Below are positions 1 through 12,127 of a stretch of DNA of 64,000 nt, one piece after another; the first letter of the stretch is position 1; each line of letters starts with the position of its first letter. The translations under genes were made by a program, and so were the position numbers. A model generated the notes under the pieces. The model did not search any database, was not told the DNA's origin, and saw nothing but the letters and a program-made list of their open reading frames with translations. Source of the stretch: Mytilus trossulus (lineage: Eukaryota); assembly GCF_036588685.1 (NCBI RefSeq), contig NC_086381.1, forward strand, positions 50,220,001 to 50,284,000. The letters are read 5' to 3'.

Positions 1-231
1 TATTATTCGACTATACAGACAGATGTAAAACAATACTTTTAAATAAAGTCCCATTTTGCTTTAGTTTCATTACTACTGTATAATATTCGTGCAATACATC
101 AGTATATAATCGATTTTTGATCAAGTCTGAACGAGAGGGTGACATCCAAAAAAAGTGTCACCCGCTCAGCCATGTGATAGAGTAAATTATCACCCAATCA
201 AAATATGGCAATTTAACGTGAAGTATAAATA

Positions 232-972
232 TCTATAATACTAAAATTACGAGGTCCAATTTGTCAGCCGTCATCACGTAAAAACGACGAATCAAAGTGA
301 ATTCAACTTTATATAAAACTAATATAGTACAAAGATGTAGATTAAAAATTACACCACTCCGGCCCTTTTGTTTTCCACGTAATTATTGCCAATAATTAAG
401 AAGTTCCGAGTCGAGTCCGATAACGATATCAATAGTATATTCACCTGTTACCTATTACCTAAATGTACGTTCCGCATCTGACAGGCGCACCACCAAATGG
501 TGTATTCAGGATTAATATGCTATTAATATTAATACACGGGTCATAATCACAGGATTGACAGTTACTAAATTGTCAAATTGATACCTTTTGTAGTATTTTA
601 ATCAGTAAGACTTTCTAAGATAACAATACGAATACTAAAAATCTGGACTAAAAATAAGGTACAGTTTTCAATTTGTTAGCGGGCATGACATAAAACAGCG
701 GAACTTTATTTATAACTAATATAGGACAATGCTGTTGATTAAAAAATACTCCATTCCAGGACCTTTTGTTTTCCAAACAATTGATATTACCAATAATTGA
801 TAAGTTCCAGTTCGACGGGTTCAAACAGAAAGATTTGAAAGCAGAGAAAACTGTGTATCTTATAATCGGCATGACTTTATCAGATGACAATACTAATATT
901 AAAATAAGGCTTGCGCATAGTTATATACTTTAATTCAGTCACGGTCCCCGCGATATCACGGGTGTGTTCTAG
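232..972 (+). mobile_element. Non-autonomous Helitron, copy 1
   Basis: 5' TC (TCTATAATACTAAAA) and 3' CTAG preceded by the GC-rich hairpin CCCGCGATATCACGGG. Inserted between A and T with no TSD. Homologous end to end with the inverted copy at 8761-9511. Confidence 0.88.
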
Positions 973-1094
973 TATTTATTAAAGTTATGTACACCAGTAT
1001 GTAAATACATACTACGTGTATTTGTTTATAACTATACACGTGTTGAAAGTCCCCATTCATCTAAATCCACACAATCCGTCAGAGACCATATAAG

Positions 1095-1240
1095 TTATTC
1101 CTCTTAGCTCACAAAATATCTATCCCTCTTAGTCCAAAAAAGGCCGCATCCCTATTAGTCCACAAAGGGTCACACCCTACTAGTCCACAAAAAGACCAAT
1201 CCCTCTTAGCTCAAATGATTCCAAATCCCTATTATCCTCT
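1095..1240. repeat. Degenerate short tandem repeat (~25-30 bp, about 6 copies)
   Basis: Recurring core tccct(c/a)ttag(t/c)ccacaaa. Confidence 0.55.
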
Positions 1241-2719
1241 AAAAATGAGGGGGCGGGGGAAGAAATAAGAAAAATCACCAGTCCTTGAGGGATCAATCCA
1301 TCCAGTAGCCGTTACATTTTAACTAAATTTAAAGATGAATCAAGTTGTAACACACGCAAAGAGTCAATAATCTACGAACACTTTCAAAATGATCTCAAAA
1401 TGTTACTTGGCCGTTAACCCTTTTTTTAACATGGTAATAGTCCTGTATAGAAGAATCTTGACTTATTCAGGAAACAGTCGTAATGATTTTAGTAAGATCT
1501 AATCGATTAATGTCAGACATCGCGGAATCTATCAAATTAATCATGTAAAACTGTTTGAAATACACAGGGAAAAGAATCATTAAACGATTTTCTAAGGAGT
1601 TTTAATTTGTTTTTGGCACTAACACGTTAAAGTGTCAAAACGTCTAAAATAGATGACTTGAATATTAGCTTTCGAAGGTCGGTCGGTTTCTTTTAAAGAA
1701 GAGCCACGTGTTATAGTACTTAATGAATACTAGTACTATGTAAAAAATATCCACTCAAAATTGCCGGTGACAAAAGATTTTATTCAATATTATTTATTGA
1801 AAAATACATGGGACAAACCGAGGTCCTTTGGTATAAGGATTTAAAAGTACTATATCCAGAAAAGAAGATTTGGTATGATTGCTAATGAAACAACTCTCCA
1901 TAGAAAACAGGCCCTTTAAAATATTTGTTCATAATTTAAAACTCCTTCCAAAAAAACCCTGAGTAAAATGAAATGCCACTCTGGTCACTTTTAGAAAAGA
2001 ACCTTATATTTGTGGTTCTGTTATTCTGTTATTATGAATATACCCTACACTGTAATTTTGACAATCTTAGGTGTTGTATTTGCTTTTCAAAGAAGCTGAC
2101 ATTGGGGGATGGACCGCGGAGATGGTACAAAGTAAACTGTGCCACACACCACATAAATAAAATTGATAACTAAACACAATGTAGGAATACATTTAGCAAT
2201 ATTACTTATAAATGTATATTAAATCGTCAATATAAGTCGAAAAATATATTATCAAAAGGACTGAAATTTGTGAGCACATATATACATAACAATTATATTC
2301 CTAATACAGTCACTTTTAGATAACATGTAATTTAACTAAAGAAAATCATTTTAAAATTAAATTTTGAAATACTTTTTTAAATATTTGATTGACTTATCCC
2401 ACTTGAAAAGAATTGCTGTACCTATTGACAAGGGTACACGGCCAAGTTGTGATTTTTTTCTCAAAAAAAGCTCAAAAATCATACGTTACAATAATATTTC
2501 AAAAGATTGGTTTTTTTTTTCAATTATAACATACGTAATTATTAAAAAAAAAAGTTACGTTCTTGCATTTCAAATTCAAGAAATACAATATAAATTGAAA
2601 AAGACGGGGAAAAAATACATAGTTTACCATATGCTGAATCTTGTTGCACCAAGAAGAATATTTATTATTATTATTTAATCTTGATGAATTCAGCTGAAGT
2701 TAAATTGATGTTTGTAATC

Positions 2720-3079
2720 AACAGCACTTAGCTTGGGTGAAGACTTGTATAGAAAGGTGTCAGCTTGGTATTGTCAAAGTAATCACATGTATGATACAGG
2801 TATTTCATATTATTTATCGCGTTAATTACATTAACACATAATATTATGCACTGGCTTCGGCAATCAATGTTGCTCAAATTGGTAAATTGATAAACAAATT
2901 GGTTATTATGGCTTATTATTAAATTGTATCTTTAAACAATAAAAGCTTAGATTGTTTTGATAAGTAATTTGTTAACGCTATGAGTGCTCTTAACATCAGG
3001 TATATATACTGCCCATGACACTGTTCGCTCATTCTCAGTTTTTCTCTCAACATTTCACATCTGACAATATTCTCTCAAT
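2720..3079 (+). promoter_or_regulatory. Proximal promoter/5' UTR of homeobox paralogue 1 with TATA box (~3001-3008)
   Basis: About 360 bp of non-coding sequence aligns with 11767-12127 upstream of paralogue 2, including the near-identical block tgataagtaatttgttaacgcNatgagtgctcttaacatcaggtatatatactg. The TATA lies about 75 nt upstream of the ATG. Confidence 0.7.
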
Positions 3080-3901
3080 ATGAGTCTTGTGACAGTACAG
3101 AAACCAGTTAAGATGTCTTTCAGCATTGACGAGCTAGCGAAGAGTAGTAGGGTTAACAGTTTAGATCATACTAAACATGTCGGCAGCATATACGCTAAAT
3201 TCCAGAGCATCGTCAGATTTCAGCAAGAGAATACGCCAGTGAAGTTACAAGCCACTGTCCAACCAATGACCAGTACTCCTATTTCGTTACCGCTCGCAAA
3301 TTCAAACATAGAGCGACAACTCAAAAGAAAAAGGGAAAACGACTCAATTTATTCAGCAGATAGCAGTCTTGAATCATCTGAAACCAAATCAACAGACAGT
3401 CTTTCGTCAATCTCAGACGACACGACTGAAATACAAGACAAACCAAGTAAAAAGGCAAGATGTATGTTTACGTCAAAACAGATTACAGAATTAGAACAAT
3501 GTTTCTTAACGAACAGATTTCTGCCTATAGAAGACAGACCAATATTGGCTAAAAGACTGAAGCTTAGTCAACAACAAGTTAAAACATGGTTCCAGAATCG
3601 TCGAATGAAAGAAAAACGCCTACAAAAACTTGGAACAACAACAGAATGGCAGAAGATGGCACAAGGTACACAGTTCATTTCTAAGACAGCACAGTTTCCA
3701 CCACATGAGACCGGATGTCAGCCCCATACACTTCCAGGCTACTTCCAACACCAGTACCCAGGATCACCATTAACACAGATTTATGATCCGATGTCACTTA
3801 TGTATGGATACGGTCTAATGTCGCCCGTTATGCATCCAGAGTACAGTCGACAGGTTTACAATGGACTATCTCCTCAGCCAATAGATCAACACAGAATGTG
3901 A
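3080..3901 (+). CDS. Intronless NKL/ANTP-class homeobox transcription factor (Vent/Bsx/Nanog-like helix 3), paralogue 1, 273 aa
   Basis: Complete 60-aa homeodomain at 3446-3625 (SKKARCMFTSKQITELEQCFLTNRFLPIEDRPILAKRLKLSQQQVKTWFQNRRMKEKRLQ; R5, F8, L16, F20, W48, F49, Q50, N51). N-terminal eh1-like FSIDELA, Ser-rich linker and P/Y/Q-rich tail. Family assignment is uncertain. Confidence 0.93.
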   Translation: MSLVTVQKPVKMSFSIDELAKSSRVNSLDHTKHVGSIYAKFQSIVRFQQENTPVKLQATVQPMTSTPISLPLANSNIERQLKRKRENDSIYSADSSLESSETKSTDSLSSISDDTTEIQDKPSKKARCMFTSKQITELEQCFLTNRFLPIEDRPILAKRLKLSQQQVKTWFQNRRMKEKRLQKLGTTTEWQKMAQGTQFISKTAQFPPHETGCQPHTLPGYFQHQYPGSPLTQIYDPMSLMYGYGLMSPVMHPEYSRQVYNGLSPQPIDQHRM

Positions 3902-4439
3902 TGAAACAATTAAAACAATCATATGTGATATATGTGACTTAACTTACTGTTGATGTGTGAAATGCTTGTTTTTATTTATTTTTGTTATGAATATTGTTGA
4001 TATGTTATTGTTATGGTATAAATATGAAATACTGCACTGACTTTGTATTGGTTTTTTTTAAAGATGATTTTATATGCTGTACTTTATTACTTTGACTTTT
4101 CATAAAAATTAACACATTCATATCAAAATACAACATGAACATTTCCAAACGTTTAAAGACCAATAATCTTTTCAAACGCGATAGCCTGTCATAATATCAT
4201 AATCCATGAGCTTCATCCGGTTTCACTTTTGGTATTTGTCAGTTAATCTCTTCACTGCTATAATTTTTGTATAGCTTAAATGTATTTTGGTTTTGGCAAG
4301 GAATGGTGATCAGATAAACCCAGCACCATTACATCACTAGCATACAATTCAAATATCAAATTCATCTTGTTAAACCGTAACGATTGTTGTGGGGCTATAA
4401 ACCGAGGGAAGAGCTTGTAATGCCTTATTGACTGAAACT

Positions 4440-7400
4440 GAACAATGATATGAATGTATACGTCAATACGTTAATAAACATAATGATATGTGGGGTATAC
4501 GTCAAAACAGGTTATAAACAAAATAGGATGTGGCTTAACGTCAATACAGTTTATAAACATAATGAGATCCGGGGTATTCGTCAATATAATTAATAAACAG
4601 AATGAGATGTGGGGTATACGTCAATAAGGTTTATGAACAAAAGAGATGTGGGATATACGTCAAAACATTTAATAAACAGAATGAGATATGGGGGATACGT
4701 CAATACAGTTAATAAACAGAATGAGATGTGGGGTATACGTCAATACAGTTAATAAACAGAATGAAATGTGAGCTATACGTCAATACAATTGATAAACAGA
4801 ATGAGATGCGGGGTATACGTCAATACAGTTAATAAACAGAATGAAATGTGAGCTATACGTCAATACAATTGATAAACAGAATGAGATGCGGGGTATACGT
4901 CAATACAGGTAATAAATTCTGTTTGCTAACTGTATTGACGTATACCCCACATCTCATTCTGTTTATTACCTGTATTGACGTATACCCCACATCTCATTCT
5001 GTTTGTTAACTGTATTGACGTATACCCCACATCTCATTCTGTTTATTATCTGTATTGGCGTATACCCCACATCTCATTCTGTTTATTACCTGTATTGACG
5101 TATACCCCGCATCTCATTCTGTTTATCAATTGTATTGACGTATAGCTCACATTTCATTCTGTTTATTAACTGTATTGACGTATACCCCGCATCTCATTCT
5201 GTTTATCAATTGTATTGACGTATAGCTCACATTTCATTCTGTTTATTAACTGTATTGACGTATACCCCACATCTCATTCTGTTTATTAACTGTATTGACG
5301 TATAACCCACATCTCCTTCTGTTTATCAACTGTATTGACGTATACCCCACATCCCATTTTGTTTATTACCTGTATTGACGTATACCCCACATCTCATTCT
5401 GTTTGTTAACTGTATTGACGTATACCCCACATCTCATTCTGTTTATTACCTGTATTGACGTATACCCCACATCTCATTCTGTTTGTTAACTGTATTGACG
5501 TATACCCCACATCTCATTCTGTTTATTAACTGTATTGGCGTATACCCCACATCTCATTCTGTTTATTACCTGTATTGACTTATACCCCAAATCTTTTCAT
5601 AAACCTCACTGACGTATACCCCACATCTCATTATGTTTATTAGCTGTATTGACGTATACCCCACATCTCATTCTGTTTATTAACTGTTTTGACGTATAAC
5701 CCACATCTCATTCTGTTTATTAACTGTTTTGACGTATAACCCACATCTGATGTGGGGTATACGTCAATACAGGTAATAAACAAAATGGGATGTGGGGTAT
5801 ACGTCAATACAGTTGATAAACAGAAGGAGATGTGGGTTATACGTCAATACAGTTAATAAACAGAATGAGATGTGGGGTATACGTCAATACAGTTAATAAA
5901 CAGAATGAAATGTGAGCTATACGTCAATACAATTGATAAACAGAATGAGATGCGGGGTATACGTCAATACAGTTAATAAACAGAATGAAATGTGAGCTAT
6001 ACGTCAATACAGTTGATAAACGGAATGAGATGTGGGTTATACGTCAATACAGTTAATAAACAGAATGAGATGTGGGTTATACGTCAATACAGCTAATAAA
6101 CATAATGAGATGTGGGTTATACGTCAATACAGTTAACAAACAGAATGAGATGTGGGGTATACGTCAATACAGCTAATAAACATAATGAGATGTGGGGTAT
6201 ACGTCAATACAGTTAATAAACAGAATGAAATGTGAGCTATACGTCAATACAATTGATAAACAGAATGAGATGCGGGGTATACGTCAATACAGTTAATAAA
6301 CAGAATGAAATGTGAGGTATACGTCAATACAGTTAATAAACAGAATGAAATGTGAGGTTTACGTCAATACAGTTAATAAACAGAATGAGATGCGGGGTAT
6401 ACGTCAATACAGTTAATAAACAGAATGAAATGTGAGCTATACGTCAATACAATTGATAAACAGAATGAGATGCGGGGTATACGTCAATACAGGTAATAAA
6501 CAGAATGAGATGTGGGGTATACGTCAATACAGTTAATAAACAGAATGAAATGTGAGGTATACGTCAATACAGTTAATAAACAGAATGAAATGTGAGCTAT
6601 ACGTCAATACAGTTAATAAACAGAATGAAATGTGAGCTATACGTCAATACAGTTGATAAACAGAATGAGATGTGGGTTATACGTCAATACAGTTAACAAA
6701 CAGAATGAGATGTGGGGTATACGTCAATACAGCTAACAAACATGATGAGATGTGAGGTATACGTCAATACAGTTAATAAACAGAATGAAATGTGAGGTAT
6801 ACGTCAATACAGTTAATAAACAGAATGAAATGTGAGGTATACGTCAATACAGTTAATAAACAGAATGAAATGTGAGCTATACGTCAATACAGTTAATAAA
6901 CAGAATGAAATGTGAGCTATACGTCAATACAGTTGATAAACAGAATGAGATGTGGGTTATACGTCAATACAGTTAATAAACAGAATGAAATGTGAGCTAT
7001 ACGTCAATACAGTTGATAAACAGAATGAGATGTGGGTTATACGTCAATACAGTTAATAAACAGAATGAGATGTGGGTTATACGTCAATACAGTTAATAAA
7101 CAGAATGAAATGTGAGCTATACGTCAATACAGTTGATAAACAGAATGAGATGCGGGGTATACGTCAATACAGTTAATAAACAGAATGAAATGTGAGCTAT
7201 ACGTCAATACAGTTGATAAACAGAATGAGATGTGGGTTATACGTCAATACAGTTATTAAACAGAATGAGATGTGGGTTATACGTCAATACAGTTAATAAA
7301 CAGAATGAAATGTGAGCTATACGTCAATACAGTTGATAAACAGAATGAGATGTGGGTTATACGTCAATACAGTTAATAAACAGAATGAAATGTGAGCTAT

Positions 7401-8500
7401 ACGTCAATACAGTTGATAAACAGAATGAGATGTGGGTTATACGTCAATACAGTTAATAAACAGAATGAGATGTGGGTTATACGTCAATACAGTTAATAAA
7501 CAGAATGAAATGTGAGCTATACGTCAATACAGTTGATAAACAGAATGAGATGCGGGGTATACGTCAATACAGTTAATAAACAGAATGAAATGTGAGCTAT
7601 ACGTCAATACAGTTGATAAACAGAATGAGATGTGGGTTATACATCAATACAGTTAATAAACAGAATGAGATGTGGGTTATACGTCAATACAGCTAATAAA
7701 CATAATGAGATGTGGGGTATACGTCAATACAGGTAATAAACATAATGAGATGTGAGGTGTACGTCAATACAGTTAATAAACAGAATGAGATGTGGGGTAT
7801 ACGTCAATACAGTTAATAAACAGAATGAAATGTGAGCTATACGTCAATACATTTAATAAACAGAATGAGATGTGGGGTATACGTCAATTCAGTAAATAAA
7901 CAAAATGAGATATGGGGTATAAGTCAATAAGGTTTATGAACAAAAGAGATGTGATTTATATGTCAATACAGTTTATAAACAGAATGAGATGTGGGATATA
8001 CGTCAAAACAGGTAATAAACAAAATGGGATGTGGGGTATACGTCAATGAGGTTTATGAACAAAATAGATGTGAGGTGTACGTCAATACAGTTAATTAACA
8101 GAATGAGATGTGGGGTAAACGTCAAAACAGTTTATAAACAGAATGAGACGTGAGGTATACGCCAAGATCAATAAAAAGAGATTTGGGGTATACGTCAATA
8201 CAGTTGTTTATGATCAAAGAGAGATGTGGGGTATACGTCAATACAGTTTATGATCAAAAGATATGTGGGGTATACGTCAATACAGTTGTTAATGATTAAA
8301 AAGAGATGTGGGGTATACATCAATTAGGTTTTTATGATAAAAAAAAAGATGTGGGGTATACGTCAATAAGGTGTTTATGATAATAAAAAAAAGAGATGTG
8401 GGGTATACGTCAATACAGTTTATGATCAAAAGAGATGTTGGGTATACGTCAATAATGTTTAGGTTCAAAGAGTGGTGTGGGGTATACGTCAATAATGTTT
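4440..8500. repeat. 40-bp tandem satellite (~100 units) with an internal inverted block at 4917-5748
   Basis: Consensus aataaacagaatgagatgtggggtatacgtcaatacagtt with variants tgtgagctat, tgtgggttat and tgcggggtat. Degenerate at both ends; residual units resume at 9512-9570 after two insertions. Confidence 0.97.
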
Positions 8501-8501
8501 A

Positions 8502-8757
8502 GCCTGTAATCCAGTGATTGTCGTTTGTATATGTTTTACATACTTGTTTTTCGTTTATTTTTTACTTAAATAAGGCCGTTAGTTTTCTCGTTTGAATTGT
8601 TTTACATTGTCCTATCGGGGTCTTTTATAGCTGACTATGTGGTATGGGCTTTGCTCATTGTTGAAGGCCGTCAACCTATAGTTGTTAATGTTTGTGTCAT
8701 TTTGGTCTTTTGTGAATAGTTGTCTCATTGGCAATCATATCACATCTTCTTTATATC
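8502..8757 (-). mobile_element. Abundant dispersed short repeat (terminus aagaagatgtg..atgattgccaatgagacaact) inserted in the satellite edge
   Basis: Related copies or fragments at about 1861, 17258-17570, 18365-18530, 20470-20610, 27300, 35790-36010, 43455 and 47688-47830. Class not determined. Confidence 0.65.
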
Positions 8758-8760
8758 TTA

Positions 8761-9511
8761 CTAGATTACACCCGTGATATCGCGGGTCCGTGACTGAATT
8801 TAAGTATATAACTATGAGCAAGACTTATTTTTGTATTAGTATTGTCATCTGATAAAGTCATGCCGCCGACTATAAGAAAGTTATCACAGTTTTCTCTGCT
8901 TTCAAATCTTTCTGTTTGAACCCGTCTAACTGGAACTTATCAATAATTTGTAATTTTAATGATTTGGAAAACAAAAGGTCATGGGATGGAGTATTTTTTT
9001 AATCAACAGCATTGTCCTATATTAGTTATAAATAAAGTTGAATTCTTTGATTCGCTGTTTTCATGACGTCATGCCCGCTAACAAATTAAAAAACTGTACA
9101 TATACGCCTTATTTTTAGTATTCGTATTGTTATCTTATAAAGTCTTAATGATTAAAGTACTACAATAGGTAACAATTTGACAATTTAGTAGTGTCAACCC
9201 TGTGATTATGACCCGTGCATATAGCATATCCTGAATACACCGTTTGGTTGTGCGCCTGCCAAATGCGGAACGTACAGATAAGGTAATAGGTAACAGATGA
9301 ATATACTATTGGTATCGGTATCGGACTCGACCCGGAACTTCTTAATTATTGGCAATATTAATTACGTGGAAAACAAAAGAGCCTGGAGTGGTGTAATTTT
9401 TAATCTACACCTGTGTACTATATTAGTTATATGTAAAGTTGAAATCTTTGATTCGTCGTTTTTACGTGATGACGGCTGACAAATTGGACCTCGTAATTTT
9501 AGTATTATAGA
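8761..9511 (-). mobile_element. Non-autonomous Helitron, copy 2 (inverted relative to copy 1)
   Basis: Reverse complement of 232-972: CTAG at 8761-8764, hairpin cccgtgatatcgcggg, 5' TC at 9511-9510, A|T insertion site. Confidence 0.88.
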
Positions 9512-10644
9512 TATTTAGGTTCAAAAAGATATGTGGAGTATACGTCAATAAGGTTTATGATCAAAAGAATAGTAGGAAATCCTTCTGTTGTAAGAGAGAG
9601 AAAAAAAATGACATGGGGGCAGTACGACCAAATGTACACTTAAAATTCACAAAACAAATAATTTTTAAGCAACACAAACCCCACCAAACACAGGGTTCTA
9701 ATTAAGAAGCCAACAGAAGGTTAGAAGTACTCGTTTCACTAATGATACACAATGATCATGATGGCGTCTGTTTAACCTAAGAACAGATGATTTTAACATA
9801 ACCAATTCGAGAGCCTTGGTTCAACATCTTACTTATAAGCAGCAATCTCCACATTGAATGGAAAGGCAAGTTCGTGTATATCGTTTTACCCAATCGGCAA
9901 TCCTTGGGTGACTCCGCTTCTCTCCTTAGATGAGGTACGGAATCGGCCGAGTTGTGATGATTGTTGTTTTACCTTGAAGATATATGTCCCTTATAAGTTG
10001 CTTCAGAGAAATGGAATTATGTTCATAATATGAAAGCTGAAATATTTTTTTGGGGTCATAAAGTTCAATATTTTACTGAATTCTCCCTTTCAATTTCGAA
10101 AGATAGGAAGCATGCAACCTCAACAGTATGTGTGGTATCTTTTTAATTGTTTCAAGCTCGATGATCGGTAGCTGCCATCACCATGGTCCACAAAATATGC
10201 TAGTATACCTTTGTTTATCTAAAAATCATAATAAAACAGCACCCCCCCCCCCCCATAACATGATGGAAGACTTAAAATATGCATATGTTTAATAAGGCAT
10301 CTTACAGTACTTGAAAAAAAATGCATACACAATTCAAATGATCATATCGGTATTCAAAATACATATTCTCAACTTAAAAAAAAACTACACAAAAAATAAG
10401 GACAAAACAAGAAAAAGAAAAAGAAACATCACCAATCCCCCCCCCAAAAAAAAAATACAAAAAACTACTTATATTAAATAACTTTTATCATTCAGAAATC
10501 ATTCCTTTTTAAAACCCTTTGGAATATAACGAAAATTGGGAATGATTCTTCATGATCAATAGACAGTACTATGTCGACACAATTTGGAATGTTTTTTTCT
10601 TCAGTTTTTTTGGTATTTACTGGACATATTTTGTGTGTGTGTAA

Positions 10645-11376
10645 TGCCTCGTTCACACGGACATTTAATTCGAATTGAATTCGAATCTAATGCGAATCGA
10701 ATTCGCAAATCGCGAAACATACTTTTTTTTTTCGAATTGATTCGTATTGGCTAATTCCGAATTAACTAATTCGCATTAGAAATACGTTTTTGTTAATCCG
10801 AATTAAAAGTAAACGTGTGAACTCAGCAGAACGTTATCATTTTTATAAATAAAGTGTTTAAGGCACCAATAAGTTAGTCCTAATTTTATGGAATGTTAAA
10901 GCTTTTAAATGACGGGACAAAGATGAATAACATCAGAAGAATTTTTTTTTTCTTTTCTTTTTTCTTCTTATCGTAAGATTGATTTTTTAAACAAGATAAT
11001 TTGTGAAAATTACATGCCTTATGACAAAGCGACATTTAGAACAGACCCCTGGAGTTTTTACAACTAAATGACAGTCTAATGCTGAGTTTACACGTAATTC
11101 GAATTCGATTCGCATTAACTAATTCGACTTAAGTTTAATTCGCATTAGAAACGTTTTACGTCCAAACGTCAATTCTAATTCGAATTACAATGAGCGTCAA
11201 ATTCGCTTTACTGGTCAAACGACGTTAACTTTTAATTCGTATTAGCAAAAGCGTATTTCTAATGCGAGTTAGTTAATTCGAATTAGCCAATTCGAATTAA
11301 AAAAGAAGAGTGTGTGAACGCTATTAGCGAATTCGATTCGCATTCAATTCGAATTAAATAACGTGTGAACGAGGCA
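10645..11376. mobile_element. Non-autonomous TIR element, probably PIF/Harbinger-type, with long AATTCG-rich subterminal inverted arrays
   Basis: TIR TGCCTCGTTCACACG ... CGTGTGAACGAGGCA, flanked by TAA/TGA (TNA-type 3-bp site). Many aattcg/cgaatt motifs at both ends. Confidence 0.8.
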
Positions 11377-11766
11377 TGAGTTTTCGTTATAATATATACT
11401 TATCAAGTTTGACAAAAAAACTTCAAAGTTGTTAGAATTTATTCCGTCAGAGACTTCTAATATTTTCGAATTAAAAAATTACCCCAAAACGGGTGTTTTC
11501 GTTGCATTTTTATTAAAAGTTATGAACCACATATTTATTCTTTTTAATAATGCTTGTTTAAATTTCAATTTTCTTTTATTTACGATATTTCACTATGATC
11601 TTAATGCTCACGTATTTTAATATTTGTGTAGTAGTAATTTATATATAATTGTTGTTAATTTTCATACCTTTTCGATCAGTTTGTTATCTACGATGGTTTT
11701 AATCAAATTGCAAATAATCTTCATTAATGAATATCGTTAGTTTAGATTTATTTGGCGTTTCTAATT

Positions 11767-12127
11767 ACAGCGCTTAGCTTGGGTGACGACTTGTTTAGAA
11801 AGGTGCCATCTAAGTATTGTCAAAGCGATTATAACAATTACGGAGCAATAAAAACACTAATTAATCTTGTTAATTACATTAAAACTTGATATTTGGCAAT
11901 GGCTTCGGCAATCATGGTTGCTCAAATTGGTAAATTGAGAAACAAATAGGTTTTCATTGCCAATTATCAATTTGTATCTTTAAACAGTAGAAGCTTAGAT
12001 TGTTGTGATAAGTAATTTGTTAACGCGATGAGTGCTCTTAACATCAGGTATATATACTGTCCATGACACTGTTCGCTCATTCTCAAGTTCTCGATCAACA
12101 ATTCACATTTGACAACAATCCCTCAAC
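11767..12127 (+). promoter_or_regulatory. Proximal promoter/5' UTR of homeobox paralogue 2 with TATA box (~12049-12056)
   Basis: Aligns with 2720-3079 and has the same TATA context (caggtatatatactg). Confidence 0.7.

Noticed and set aside
648-890. 80-aa ORF (and the 9297-9479 ORF)
   Set aside because: Inside non-autonomous Helitron copies; the frame is not preserved between copies and there are no Rep/helicase motifs.
3902-4040. Cytoplasmic polyadenylation elements in the homeobox 3' UTRs
   Set aside because: U-rich words are present but expected by chance at this AT content.
4440-8500. CRISPR-like array
   Set aside because: Head-to-tail 40-bp units with no unique spacers, no cas genes, and a eukaryotic context; it is a satellite.
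10660-11360. Heat-shock element array upstream of homeobox 2
   Set aside because: The GAA/TTC words mostly abut (GAATTC, TTCGAA) rather than forming nGAAnnTTCn pentamer arrays; they are better explained as transposon subterminal repeats.
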